A stretch of DNA of 64,000 bases from positions 1,033,379 through 1,097,378 of the forward strand of contig CBDBLR010000003.1 of NCBI GenBank assembly GCA_965207115.1, in the 5' to 3' direction. Shown here piece by piece: positions 47,373 through 57,053 of the stretch. This DNA is from Dehalococcoidia bacterium (GTDB lineage: Bacteria; Chloroflexota; Dehalococcoidia; UBA6926). A program made the translations under genes and the position numbers. The first letter of the stretch is position 1; each line of letters starts with the position of its first letter. The notes under the pieces are model-generated. The model saw only the letters and a list, made by a program, of their open reading frames with translations, did no database searches and was not told where the DNA came from.

Positions 47373-48497
47373 CTATTGCGCCCACCTTTGCCTGAATTGC
47401 CGAAGCTTCTGTTCCCTGCGCCGCTGTATGTAGATGCCGGTTGCAGCGGCCAGCACGATACTCACCACACTGATTGTCACACTTGTCACCCACAGCTCCC
47501 AGCCGTTCTGATGTTGGACCCATACGACGGTCGCCACGACCAGCAGATTCAAGAGCGACGCGGGTATGGCGATTTTCCACGCGAATGCCATGAGTTGGTC
47601 GATACGAAGGCGCGGCAGCGGTGCGCGGATCCAGAACACGACGAGGATGATGCCGGCCATCTTGACCAACAGGTAGAAGGGCTGAAGGATGGGGACCTGC
47701 TCGGAGAACGGCCCAGTCCAACCACCGAGGAACAGGATTGTTGCGAGGAACGCCATCGTCGCTAGTCCTGCGTATTCCGTCAGGAAGAAGACGCCCCAAC
47801 GGATGCCTGAATATTCGACGAACGCGCCGCCGACGATCTCCTCTTCGGCGTGGGGTATGTCAAAGGGAATACGCGCCGTTTCCGCCAGCGCCCCAACAAG
47901 GAAGAGAATGAAGCCCAGCGGCATGATAATCAGGTACGGCACGCTGCCCTGCGCCTCGACGATGCCTGCGAGGCTGAAGGGGCGATCTGTCGCCGTCTGG
48001 GCCAGAAGTCCAACGGCCAGCACGGCAAACACAAGCGGCAGTTCGTAGCTGATCAACTGCGCAGCATTGCGGGCGCTACCCAGCAATGCGTACTTGTTGT
48101 TTGATGCCCATCCTGCCAGCACATGCCCGACTACGGACAGGCCCAGGATGGCGATGATGTAGAACAGCCCGATATCGAGGTCGCTTAGCACCCAGTCGGG
48201 GCCGAACGGCAGCACCATCCAGAGCATGAAGATCGGCGTGAAGATCAACAGGGGGGCGAGGTAGAAGATAACGATGTTCACGCTCCCGGGGCGCACATCC
48301 TCCTTGAGCATCAGCTTAATTGCGTCCGCCGCTGTTTGGAGGATGCCGGATGGTCCGGTGCGGGACGGTCCAACGCGCTGCTGTAGGCGCGCGAGAGTCT
48401 TGCGTTCCGCCCAGATCACGCCGAGTACGGCGGTGAGAATGCCGTTGAAGAGCACAAAAACAACGATGGCGATTGTGATGAGGTCCAACAGGCTCAT
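47373..48497 (-). CDS. nuoH: NADH-quinone oxidoreductase subunit H
   Basis: 374 aa, MSLLDLITIAIVVF...GVIWAERKTLARLQQRVGPSRTGP, the NuoH signature. Confidence 0.9.
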   Translation of the reverse strand: MSLLDLITIAIVVFVLFNGILTAVLGVIWAERKTLARLQQRVGPSRTGPSGILQTAADAIKLMLKEDVRPGSVNIVIFYLAPLLIFTPIFMLWMVLPFGPDWVLSDLDIGLFYIIAILGLSVVGHVLAGWASNNKYALLGSARNAAQLISYELPLVFAVLAVGLLAQTATDRPFSLAGIVEAQGSVPYLIIMPLGFILFLVGALAETARIPFDIPHAEEEIVGGAFVEYSGIRWGVFFLTEYAGLATMAFLATILFLGGWTGPFSEQVPILQPFYLLVKMAGIILVVFWIRAPLPRLRIDQLMAFAWKIAIPASLLNLLVVATVVWVQHQNGWELWVTSVTISVVSIVLAAATGIYIQRRREQKLRQFRQRWAQ

Positions 48498-49639
48498 CGG
48501 TCCACCTCGCCAAGAACGATGTCCATGGAACCAAGAATCACGGTGGCGTCGGCAAGGTATGAGCCGCGGATCATGGCAGGGAGAGCCATCAGGTTGCAGA
48601 AACTCGGCCCGCGAATCTTGAGTCGGTACGGCTGAACCGTGCCGCCGGATGAGACTAGATAGACGCCCAGATCACCTCGCGGGTTCTCCCCGTGCACGTA
48701 CACATCCCCCTCCGGCGGGCGAAGGATGCGCGGCACCCGACCCAAGAACGGGCCGTCCGGCAGTTTGTCCAGGGCCTGCGCGACGATGGAAATCGACTGT
48801 TCAATCTCCAGCATCCGAACCATGTAGCGGTCGTAGCAATCCCCTGTCTGTCCTGTTGGAACGCGGAAATCCAATTCTTCATAGATGGAGTACGGATCAG
48901 CTTTACGTATGTCGTAGTCGATTCCTGCCGCTCTCAGCAGCGGACCTGTTACGCCGTAGTCAAGAAGATCCTCCGGCGGTATCGCTCCGATGCCGGCGGT
49001 GCGTTCGATGAATATCTCACTCTCTGTGAGCGTGCCCCGCGCTTCTTCATATCCAACCCTAAGCTGATCCAGCAGCGCGCGAACGGCGGGGACGAATCCG
49101 TCCGGCAGGTCTTCCTTGACGCCGCCGATGCGGAAGTAGTTGTGCATCATGCGCGCGCCTGTGACGCCCTCAAAAATCTGCTGAATCCTCTCGCGGTCAC
49201 GGAACCCGAGCATGACGGGATTCATCGCGCCCGTGTCCAACCCATACGTGCCGTAGAACAGCAGATGGCTTGCGATGCGGTTGAGTTCGGAAAGGATCAG
49301 ACGAATGTAGTCGGCGCGCTCCGGCACCTCTACTCCCATCGCCTTTTCCACTGCCCTTACATAGACCCACTCATTATTGAAATTGGCGACGTAATCCAGG
49401 CGGTCAAAAAGCGTGGTGATCTGTTGAAAATTCTCGCCCTCCGCCAACCGCTCGGAGCCGCGATGCAGATAACCGATGTGCGGATAGACGTCAACGACTC
49501 GCTCACCATCGAGAGTCAGCACCATGCGGAATACGCCGTGCGTGGCAGGGTGCTGCGGCCCCATGTTGATGCTCAACTCCGCCTGCTCCGTGACGGCGTC
49601 GCGCACGATGTTTGCCGACAACCCGGAGTCAGTCACCAT
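48494..49639 (-). CDS. nuoD: NADH-quinone oxidoreductase subunit D
   Basis: 381 aa, ...INMGPQHPATHGVFRMVLTLDGE.... Confidence 0.9.
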   Translation of the reverse strand: MVTDSGLSANIVRDAVTEQAELSINMGPQHPATHGVFRMVLTLDGERVVDVYPHIGYLHRGSERLAEGENFQQITTLFDRLDYVANFNNEWVYVRAVEKAMGVEVPERADYIRLILSELNRIASHLLFYGTYGLDTGAMNPVMLGFRDRERIQQIFEGVTGARMMHNYFRIGGVKEDLPDGFVPAVRALLDQLRVGYEEARGTLTESEIFIERTAGIGAIPPEDLLDYGVTGPLLRAAGIDYDIRKADPYSIYEELDFRVPTGQTGDCYDRYMVRMLEIEQSISIVAQALDKLPDGPFLGRVPRILRPPEGDVYVHGENPRGDLGVYLVSSGGTVQPYRLKIRGPSFCNLMALPAMIRGSYLADATVILGSMDIVLGEVDR

Positions 49640-50126
49640 AAAATGTCACCTGCTCCGGCATTTCATAGCTCTTTCGTCCGGGGAATCCCTCGAATCCCTC
49701 ATAGAGGATCAGTGGGGAGAGGTCCGGATGGCCGCGAAACTCCAGCCCGAAGAGGTCGTGCCCCTCGCGCTCGTGCCAGTCCGCCCCCATCCAAACGCCA
49801 ATTGCAGTGGGAATCCACGGGTCGTCGATAGGCGCGCGCGTCTTTATCACCAGTTTGTGCGGGTGGGACAGAGAGCTCAGGTGATACACCGCCTCCAGCT
49901 CGTCCTTCCAGTCAACGACGGAGAGGCAACGGAGATATTTGAAGTCCAGTTCCGGGTCCGACTTCAGGGCGGCGCAAACGTCAACGACCGCATCCCGAGG
50001 AACGCGCAACTGAAGTTCATCGAATGAGTAGTCGACGGATTGCGCGCTGTCCCCAGCAATCTCTCGCACACGCGCCTCAATGGGAGAGGGCGCGGCGGGC
50101 TCCTCAGGTCGGTCTCCGGTTGTCAC
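49629..50126 (-). CDS. nuoC: NADH-quinone oxidoreductase subunit C
   Basis: 165 aa, 30-kDa subunit motif ...EREGHDLFGLEFRGHPD.... Confidence 0.85.
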   Translation of the reverse strand: MTTGDRPEEPAAPSPIEARVREIAGDSAQSVDYSFDELQLRVPRDAVVDVCAALKSDPELDFKYLRCLSVVDWKDELEAVYHLSSLSHPHKLVIKTRAPIDDPWIPTAIGVWMGADWHEREGHDLFGLEFRGHPDLSPLILYEGFEGFPGRKSYEMPEQVTFYGD

Positions 50127-50699
50127 CTATAGACCTCTCTTGAGCCTGGGCTCGTCCTGGATCTTGCGCTGGAGTTCAAGAATGCCGTGCTGCAATGCCT
50201 CAGGGCGCGGCGGGCACCCCGGCACGTAAACATCCACGGGGATGATCTGATCCACGCCCATCACGACGGAATAGGAGCGAACGTACGGCCCGCCACACGT
50301 AGCGCACGATCCCATCGCAATAACCCACTTTGGGGCAGGCATTTGCTCGTAGAGGAGCTTGATCGGCTCGGCCATTTTCTTGACGACCGTCCCCGCCACG
50401 ATCATGACATCGGATTGGCGCGGCGAGGGCCACGTGACGACACCGTAGCGGTCGAAATCGTGCTTGGGCATATATGCGGAGATCATCTCGATTGCGCAGC
50501 ATGCCAGCCCAAATGTGAGGGGCCACAGCGAGGACTTTCGCGCCATCGCGAAAAGCTCCTCCGTCTTGAGAGTGATCACGCCTGAGAGGCCACTCTTCTG
50601 ATGCGCCGCGAGGTTTTGCAGTGCCATGCGGGATTCGGGCGTCGAGATGACGGGGCCCTGCCCCATACCCCCTTGCCCGCCTGCGGGTTCAATATTCAT
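50127..50699 (-). CDS. nuoB: NADH-quinone oxidoreductase subunit B
   Basis: [17 protein letters not shown]...[10 protein letters not shown]...[11 protein letters not shown], the N2 cluster-ligating motifs. Confidence 0.9.
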   Translation of the reverse strand: MNIEPAGGQGGMGQGPVISTPESRMALQNLAAHQKSGLSGVITLKTEELFAMARKSSLWPLTFGLACCAIEMISAYMPKHDFDRYGVVTWPSPRQSDVMIVAGTVVKKMAEPIKLLYEQMPAPKWVIAMGSCATCGGPYVRSYSVVMGVDQIIPVDVYVPGCPPRPEALQHGILELQRKIQDEPRLKRGL

Positions 50700-51064
50700 C
50701 GCCAGGACAGCACCCCCTTACGCCACGCGTATATCAGACCGAAGAACAACACGACTAGAAAGATGACCATTGAATAGAATGCGGCGGCGGGCAAATCAAG
50801 GAATACGAATGCCCAGGGGAAAAGGAAAACAGTCTCCACCGCAAAGATCAGGAAGAATAGGGCAAACAGGTAGTAGCGAACGTTATAGCGGGTGTTACCT
50901 TCACCGGTTGGCAGAATACCGCACTCATAGGCGATGCCCGAGAGACTGGTGGCACTGCGCGGGGCGAGAATCCACGAAATGACAAAGAAGGATAGTACGC
51001 CGCCGAACCCGACTATAGCGGCTATCCCTACAGCGGCCCAGTTGAACGCATACTCAGCCGGCAT
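50696..51064 (-). CDS. nuoA: NADH-quinone oxidoreductase subunit A
   Basis: 122 aa, 3 TM helices, ...YECGILP...[12 protein letters not shown].... Confidence 0.85.
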   Translation of the reverse strand: MPAEYAFNWAAVGIAAIVGFGGVLSFFVISWILAPRSATSLSGIAYECGILPTGEGNTRYNVRYYLFALFFLIFAVETVFLFPWAFVFLDLPAAAFYSMVIFLVVLFFGLIYAWRKGVLSWR

Positions 51065-51130
51065 ACCCCTGCACTCCTGTCGGCCAGTCTATGTGCGGCT
51101 CAGAGACAGTGTCAACGAATGTCAGTCTAC

Positions 51131-52654
51131 TCATCCGATGCGCCCCAGTAGAGCCGTCACGCTGCCGTCAATCAACTCAATCCACGGGAACGGCCATATC
51201 CCGATGGCGACAATAAATGCGATGAGCAGCCCGCCGGCCGCGAGTTCCACGCGGGATGCATCCGTCAGTCCTTGCCACCGGTCGCTGACGGGACCGAAGA
51301 ACACCTTTCCAAGCAGTCTCAGCACATACACCGCAGTTACAGCTGCAGCAAACACGCCGAGCACGCCGACGAGCGGATATGTGTTGAACGCGCCGATGAA
51401 AACCAGCAGCTCCGCAACGAATCCGCTGAGGCCCGGAAGCCCCAGCGAGGCTAAGCCGGCGATGGCAAAGAACGTCGCCGTACCGCCCATCCGTTTGGCC
51501 AACCCCTCCAGCACGCCGATGTCACGGATGTGGGTGCGGTCATAGACGGCACCCACAAGCACGAAGAAGAGGGCCGTCATCACTCCATGGGAGAACATCT
51601 GCAGAACCGCGCCGTTGACCCCCAACGGGTCGAGCGTCGCGAGACCCATGATTACGTAGCCCATGTGGCTGACGCTCGAATAGCCGATGACGTATTTGAG
51701 GTCGCGCTGTCCCAGGGCGGATATTGCGCCATACACGACGTTTACTGTCGCGAGGATGATCAGGACGGGCATCCACGCCTCTGCACCCTCCGGGAAAAGA
51801 TCCATGCCGATGCGGAGGATGCCGTATGCGCCCAGTTTCATGAGCACACCGGCGTGCAACATGCTGACGGACGTGGGCGCGGCAACGTGCCCGTCCGGCG
51901 ACCATGTGTGGAACGGCCAGAGCCCGGCCAACACGCCGAAACCGACGGCGACAATCGGGAAGAAGAGCAATTGGAATTCGCGGGAGTATTCCTCGTTGTC
52001 GCGAAGGCTGAGGAAGTCGAATGTCGGGTTTTCCGCGAATATATAGAGCGCGATCAGCGCCACCCACACCAGGACGCTGCCGAGGCTGAGCATGATGGTC
52101 AGCTTCATCGCGCTGTATTCCTTGGTGCGGCTGAACAATAGCGGAGGCACGTAGGAGCGGAAGTCTGTCGAGCTGCCCCACACGCCAATCAAGAGGTACA
52201 TCGGAATGACGGCAAGTTCGTAGAAGAAGAAGAAGAAGAACAGATCAAGGGCCACGAAGACGCCGTAAACGCCTGCAATGAGGAGCAGGAAAAGGACGAA
52301 GAATTCCTTGGTTCTGTCAGGCAGACGCCAGGCGACCAAGGTTCCGGCAAAGGCAACTACGCCGTTAAGCAGCACCATCAACGCGGAGATACCGTCCACG
52401 CCAAGCGTGAATCCGATCCCGAGGCTTGGCAGCCATTCAACGCGGGTGAGTGGCCAGAACTCCACCCCCGCCGGCGCGCTCAGATAGTGGCGGAGGGTGA
52501 TATAGATGGAAAGCGCGAAGGTGAAACCCGTGACGGCGGTGGCGATGCCACGGATGGTGTTGGGCTGACGGCCTGGAACGAGAATAAGCGCCAAGCCGCC
52601 CACGAACGGCGCGAGAACTAACAGGCTTAAGACCAGCTCGTCTGCCTCAGCCAC
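51131..52654 (-). CDS. nuoM: NADH-quinone oxidoreductase subunit M-like (NuoM/MrpD family), first gene of the operon
   Basis: 507 aa, FFFFFFYELAVIPMYLLIGVWG motif of NuoM/ND4-type antiporter subunits. Located upstream of nuoA on the same strand. Confidence 0.75.
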   Translation of the reverse strand: MAEADELVLSLLVLAPFVGGLALILVPGRQPNTIRGIATAVTGFTFALSIYITLRHYLSAPAGVEFWPLTRVEWLPSLGIGFTLGVDGISALMVLLNGVVAFAGTLVAWRLPDRTKEFFVLFLLLIAGVYGVFVALDLFFFFFFYELAVIPMYLLIGVWGSSTDFRSYVPPLLFSRTKEYSAMKLTIMLSLGSVLVWVALIALYIFAENPTFDFLSLRDNEEYSREFQLLFFPIVAVGFGVLAGLWPFHTWSPDGHVAAPTSVSMLHAGVLMKLGAYGILRIGMDLFPEGAEAWMPVLIILATVNVVYGAISALGQRDLKYVIGYSSVSHMGYVIMGLATLDPLGVNGAVLQMFSHGVMTALFFVLVGAVYDRTHIRDIGVLEGLAKRMGGTATFFAIAGLASLGLPGLSGFVAELLVFIGAFNTYPLVGVLGVFAAAVTAVYVLRLLGKVFFGPVSDRWQGLTDASRVELAAGGLLIAFIVAIGIWPFPWIELIDGSVTALLGRIG

Positions 52655-52818
52655 CCATACTCCTCCGACGACAAAAGGTCAGCGGCCCCTACCCGCCAAT
52701 CATAACAGCGACGGGCGTCCACTTCTCTCCTCTCATTCCGACGCACGCAGAATCCCGGGATGCTGACAGGAATACCAACCAAGGTAAATCGCTAACCGAG
52801 GAAACAGTCAGATACACT

Positions 52819-53184
52819 TTGCGTATGGACTTCCTCAACGTTGGGGGGCTTGAGCTACTCTTTCTTGCCGGCATCGCCATCATCATCGTCGGGCCGTCAC
52901 GGGCCGCGGAGATAGCGGGCGAGATCGGCCGGCTTGTCGCACGCGCCCGTCGCACCATCAACTCCATGACGGAGGACTTGCAGACGCAGGCGCGCGAGGA
53001 GACAGAACCCCTTCGCTCTGCCCGTGAATCCATCCGCGATGTGGAATCGAAACTCCGTCGTCCTCTTGACTTGCCGGACGGCCGTTCAAATACCAGGCAA
53101 GCCGAGTCTCCACCGGAGGAAACAACCCCTCCTGGTGAGAGTGAACAGTCCGCGGGCGAGACCGAGCCGGAGGACGGCCGGTGA
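52819..53184 (+). CDS. tatB: twin-arginine translocase subunit TatB-like (TatA/B family)
   Basis: LELLFLAGIAIIIVGPSRAAEIAGEIGRL followed by a long acidic tail. Overlaps tatC by 4 nt. Confidence 0.7.
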   Translation: MRMDFLNVGGLELLFLAGIAIIIVGPSRAAEIAGEIGRLVARARRTINSMTEDLQTQAREETEPLRSARESIRDVESKLRRPLDLPDGRSNTRQAESPPEETTPPGESEQSAGETEPEDGR

Positions 53185-53942
53185 CAACGCCTGAGCCGGA
53201 GGGCGTGTCAAGCACGACGATGCCATTGTCCGCGCATCTACGGGAGCTGCGGACACGGCTCATGTGGACTTTCATCGTGGTGGGTATTGGCGCAGTCGGC
53301 GCGTTTGCCATCGGAAATCGGCTCGTTGACGTGTTGCTCATTCCGTTTCCGAACGACATTGAAGTCGTCCAGATTGATGTCCTTGAGGGCGTGCGCGTCC
53401 GCATGAAGATTGCCCTCCTGGGGGGAATCATCGTCGCATTCCCGATGATTCTCTATCAGGCCATTATGTTCGTCCGCCCTGCACTCACAGGCACGGAGAA
53501 GCGCTTTGTGTACATAGCCTTACCCATCGTGAGCGTGCTATTCGCCGCGGGAATCCTCTTTGCATTCTTTGTGCCCATTCCGGTGATGATGCAGATTCTC
53601 CCTCAATTCCTTGGCGAGGATATTGAACCGCAGATACGCATCGACAGCATCGTCGGCACAACGGTCTGGCTCATCTTTGCGATGGGGCTGCTCTTCGAGC
53701 TGCCAGTCATCATGTACCTGCTCGCCCGCATCGACATCATCGATCCGGCGAGCCTGCGGACAAAGCGCAAGGGAGCAATCCTGTTGTCATTCGTTGCCGC
53801 CGCGATCATCACGCCCACAGGCGACCCCATCAACATGGTCATCTGGGGCGTCCCCATTTGGGTGCTCTATGAGATCGGCCTGCTCATGGCCCGGTTCGCT
53901 GCCTGGCAACGGAGGCGATCGGAGAGCAACACATCGACCTAG
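53181..53942 (+). CDS. tatC: twin-arginine translocase subunit TatC
   Basis: 253 aa, 6 TM helices, HLRELRTRL...TPTGDP TatC motifs. Confidence 0.85.
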   Translation: MTTPEPEGVSSTTMPLSAHLRELRTRLMWTFIVVGIGAVGAFAIGNRLVDVLLIPFPNDIEVVQIDVLEGVRVRMKIALLGGIIVAFPMILYQAIMFVRPALTGTEKRFVYIALPIVSVLFAAGILFAFFVPIPVMMQILPQFLGEDIEPQIRIDSIVGTTVWLIFAMGLLFELPVIMYLLARIDIIDPASLRTKRKGAILLSFVAAAIITPTGDPINMVIWGVPIWVLYEIGLLMARFAAWQRRRSESNTST

Positions 53943-54009
53943 CTCCGGCCGAGTGTCCAATTTGCACAAGCCTCACTGTCATTCCTGCGGTCGCGGGAGT
54001 ATACCCGCT

Positions 54010-54045
54010 CCACAAAGCGAAACGCCGCCTAAAGGCGGCGTCCGT
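54010..54045. terminator. hairpin terminator between convergent tatC and tatA
   Basis: Perfect palindrome ACGCCGCC-TAAA-GGCGGCGT (54022-54041). A T-rich tract (TTTCGCTTTGTGG) follows on the minus strand downstream of tatA. Confidence 0.5.
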
Positions 54046-54072
54046 GCCAGTCTTGAGCTCAGTCTCGGGAGG

Positions 54073-54276
54073 CTAGGTTTTTGCGGTCGTGGAATCCGAC
54101 TCCGCACTTTCCTTGGCATCCTCGGAAGGCTTGCTCTCTTCCAATTCGGCCCCCTTGCGGAACTCACGGATAGAGCTTCCCATCGAGCGGGCAAGGCCGG
54201 GGAGTTTGGCACCCCCAAATATCAAAAGAATAATCGCCAGAATCAGAATCAACTCTAATCCGCTCGGAATGGTCAT
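54073..54276 (-). CDS. tatA: twin-arginine translocase subunit TatA/E
   Basis: 67 aa, GLELILILAIILLIFGGAKLPGLARSMGSSIREFRKG, a canonical TatA. Confidence 0.85.
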   Translation of the reverse strand: MTIPSGLELILILAIILLIFGGAKLPGLARSMGSSIREFRKGAELEESKPSEDAKESAESDSTTAKT

Positions 54277-54329
54277 GCTGCCTCCCTGCTTATGCCCACA
54301 GTATACGCGATGGGTCTAGCCTTGCCGCC

Positions 54330-54974
54330 CTATTGGAAGATCAGTATGCCGAAAGCGAATATGAAGAACGTCACGATGCCCAACAACCCCGTGCCAAGCG
54401 GCACCATCAGCATTGTCAGGATCGCCTGCGTGCCCATGAATCGATTTGCTTCACGGATAGCGATGTAGGTGAGGCGGATTATGGCCACGGAGGTCAGAAC
54501 AATTCCCAGCGTCATGACCCACGGTTGCGCCCCGCCCGCGATTAGCCAGAGAAGCGATGTCGGGACGAGGAGCCAGAGAGACAGGGCAGCGAATGTTGTC
54601 GCAGAAAATTCCTCCGCGATGCTCGCCTCGCCCTCGAAGATCTTGCCGATGAGGTGAAGCAAGACCGTGAAGAACAACAATCCCGCGTATCCGCCCGCGA
54701 CGAATCCCGCGGCGCCGAACGCCGCTCCCGCAAGCCCTTCATTGTCGAGAATCAGCCCACCGAGGCCGAACAACGCGCCTGCCACGGCCAGACCGGCGAG
54801 CAGCAATCCGGTTCCGCGCAGTATCGGTTGGTCGATGGCGATATCACTGAACGAGTACGTAGGCGTCCGCACGATGCCGCGCAGGTAGAATGCCACGGGC
54901 CGCTTGCGGCGCTCCGCGCTCCGGCCCTGTCCGCTCTGCTGCCCTTCCAATCCCGCCGTCGGATCAATAAACAT
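54330..54974 (-). CDS. Yip1-domain membrane protein (paralog 1)
   Basis: Five TM helices with Gly-rich loops. Start taken at MFIDPTAGL; the ORF-track N-terminal extension has no support. Confidence 0.55.
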   Translation of the reverse strand: MFIDPTAGLEGQQSGQGRSAERRKRPVAFYLRGIVRTPTYSFSDIAIDQPILRGTGLLLAGLAVAGALFGLGGLILDNEGLAGAAFGAAGFVAGGYAGLLFFTVLLHLIGKIFEGEASIAEEFSATTFAALSLWLLVPTSLLWLIAGGAQPWVMTLGIVLTSVAIIRLTYIAIREANRFMGTQAILTMLMVPLGTGLLGIVTFFIFAFGILIFQ

Positions 54975-55077
54975 CAATCCATAATACGCAGGAGACCACC
55001 TTAAGGCGTGTAGGCGGCGCTTTCGCGCCGCCCACAATTCTCGCCCCGTGTGGCAATTTTGCCGCTAATCAGACTCG

Positions 55078-55731
55078 CTAGCCCGTGGCGATGCCCAGAC
55101 CCACGACGATGGCAACGAGAACGATGATCAGCAGGATGAACAGGATTATCGCCACAATTGCCGCAGCGATGAAAGATGCAATGCCGCTCAAAACGGCCAT
55201 CCCTGTGCTCAGTCTGTAGTTCTCCCGGATCAGGATGATTCCGAGAATGATGGTCCAGATGAACACCACGAGGCTGACGATGACGCTTATCGCCTCAAAG
55301 GGAGACGCCTCACTCTCCGTCGCCTCGCCGATTCCACTGGCTAATGCATCGAGCAGACCCGGAATCACGGGGATCAAGCTCAGGATGGAGAGCATCATCA
55401 AGCCGGCCAACATCCCCGTGTACGCCCCGTCACCACCGAACAGCTTCGAGATGAGATGCACGACCAGGGAGAAAAAGCCCAGTTCAACCGCGACAAAAGC
55501 GACAAACAGGATGGTTCCAATAACGACGAAGCCGACGCCAACTGAGATTTCCTCGTCCGTAAATTCGTCAAATGCCGCCGTGTCGAATCCCAGGCCAAAT
55601 GAGACGACGCCATTAAGAATCGCCACAATCAGCAGTGTCAGGAGGCCCAGGCCGACCGGCCGATCATTCACAATCTGCTGAATCGTGTGAATGGGCCGCA
55701 CAATCAACCCAATGTAGGTGCTCAATAGCAT
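55078..55731 (-). CDS. Yip1-domain membrane protein (paralog 2)
   Basis: Similar topology and size to the neighbouring gene. Start taken at MLLSTYIGLIVRP. Confidence 0.55.
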   Translation of the reverse strand: MLLSTYIGLIVRPIHTIQQIVNDRPVGLGLLTLLIVAILNGVVSFGLGFDTAAFDEFTDEEISVGVGFVVIGTILFVAFVAVELGFFSLVVHLISKLFGGDGAYTGMLAGLMMLSILSLIPVIPGLLDALASGIGEATESEASPFEAISVIVSLVVFIWTIILGIILIRENYRLSTGMAVLSGIASFIAAAIVAIILFILLIIVLVAIVVGLGIATG

Positions 55732-55864
55732 CTTTTTCCCTCCTGCCCGTCCGGGCAATTTTCCCGCGCTGAATCTGTCCGTCCGGCGCAGTCGGAGAGG
55801 GAGTACGCGCCACCCTTTAATTCTAGGCTAGAACGCAACATAAGGCGCACTCTGTGCCAATCCC

Positions 55865-56785
55865 GTGCGCTACAATGAGGCCATGACGGACGCCCTGACA
55901 GAAACCAAACTTGACCTGCCCATGATTCATCGCGGCAAGGTTCGCGATACGTACGATCTCGGCGATGACACACTGTTGCTGGTCGCCACGGATCGAGTCT
56001 CCGCTTTTGATGTGGTTCTCCCAACCGGCGTCCCCGGGCGCGGCATCGTCCTCTCCGAGATTTCCGCATTCTGGTTCCGCCGCTCCGGTCATGAGTTCCC
56101 CAACCACTTCATCGGCATGGCGTATGAGCCTGAAGTCGCCAATCAATATAAGCTGGGCGATCTTGATGAGGCGGTCGCCCGGCGAGCGATGGTTGTGAGG
56201 AAGGCCGAGCGCATCGACATCGAATGCGTTGTACGCGGGTACATCACCGGGTCGGCGTTGGCGGAATACCGGAAGTCAGGCTCCGTTCAGGGCTATGATT
56301 TGCCCGCAGATATGGTTGATTCGCAGGCGTTTGAGTCGGCGCTTTTCACTCCCACTACCAAGGAGGAGACGGGGCACGATTTGCCACTAACGGTAGACGA
56401 ATTGTGGAAGCAGGTGGGCGGCAACATCGCATGGCCGCTTGAGGAGCACAGCCTCGCGCTCTACCGTATGGCGTCCGAGTACTCGAGGGCGATGGGCGTG
56501 ATCCTGGCGGACAGCAAGTTTGAATTTGGCATCATCGACGGCAAGATTTCCGTGATTGATGAGCTGCTGACGCCGGACTCGTCTCGCTATTGGGATGCAA
56601 CCATCTATGAGGCCGGCAAGTCACAGCCCAGTTTCGACAAGCAGATCATCCGCGATTGGTTAATCGAATCCGGCTGGAATCGCGAGCCGCCCGCGCCGGA
56701 GCTACCGGACGACATTGTGCAGCAGACGATCGACAAGTATCGCGACGTGTATCAGCGGCTCACATCAAAGGAGCTTGTCCTGTGA
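55865..56785 (+). CDS. purC: phosphoribosylaminoimidazole-succinocarboxamide synthase
   Basis: ...IHRGKVRDTYDL...LLLVATDRVSAFD..., SAICAR synthetase. The alternative start at 55883 has a GAGG upstream. Confidence 0.85.
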   Translation: MRYNEAMTDALTETKLDLPMIHRGKVRDTYDLGDDTLLLVATDRVSAFDVVLPTGVPGRGIVLSEISAFWFRRSGHEFPNHFIGMAYEPEVANQYKLGDLDEAVARRAMVVRKAERIDIECVVRGYITGSALAEYRKSGSVQGYDLPADMVDSQAFESALFTPTTKEETGHDLPLTVDELWKQVGGNIAWPLEEHSLALYRMASEYSRAMGVILADSKFEFGIIDGKISVIDELLTPDSSRYWDATIYEAGKSQPSFDKQIIRDWLIESGWNREPPAPELPDDIVQQTIDKYRDVYQRLTSKELVL

Positions 56786-56787
56786 GC

Positions 56788-57015
56788 ATGGGCCGCGTTA
56801 TCGGGAGCGCGCTTATCGGGGTAGCGGCGGCGATTATGCTCTACACCATCGTGGGCGCCGTCAGTACAGTTTGGGGCGTCGCGCAGTTTGAGGAGATGCC
56901 AATCACGGTCAAGCTGTTCCTGCCCGTGACATTTGGCACGCTTGCCGGAACGCTCGGCATCATGGCCATTCAGCGCATCCGGAACCGCAATCATACGGAT
57001 GCCGCGGACGGCTAA
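56788..57015 (+). CDS. small two-TM membrane protein, hypothetical
   Basis: 76 aa. Overlaps the purC stop (GTGA/ATG at 56782-56790). Two hydrophobic helices. Sits between purC and purS. Confidence 0.4.
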   Translation: MGRVIGSALIGVAAAIMLYTIVGAVSTVWGVAQFEEMPITVKLFLPVTFGTLAGTLGIMAIQRIRNRNHTDAADG

Positions 57016-57053
57016 GCCCGGACCCGGGCGCTGACACAGCAATCACTCGCAGG

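Noticed and set aside
46229-47395. 388-aa plus-strand Ala/Arg/Ser-rich ORF that could be mistaken for a repeat protein
   Set aside because: It is the antisense of the nuoI repetitive tail and core. The sense-strand NuoI reading frame, with Fe-S motifs, explains the region.
47371-47799. Upstream extension of the nuoI ORF
   Set aside because: It overlaps nuoH in another frame. The canonical NuoI N-terminus MLGTFKSLL begins 3 nt after the nuoH stop.
55759-55882. Possible ZTP (pfl) riboswitch upstream of purC
   Set aside because: The segment CCGGCGCAGTCGG only weakly resembles the 3' pseudoknot half, and no UGACUGGCG-type 5' domain is present, so there is not enough evidence.
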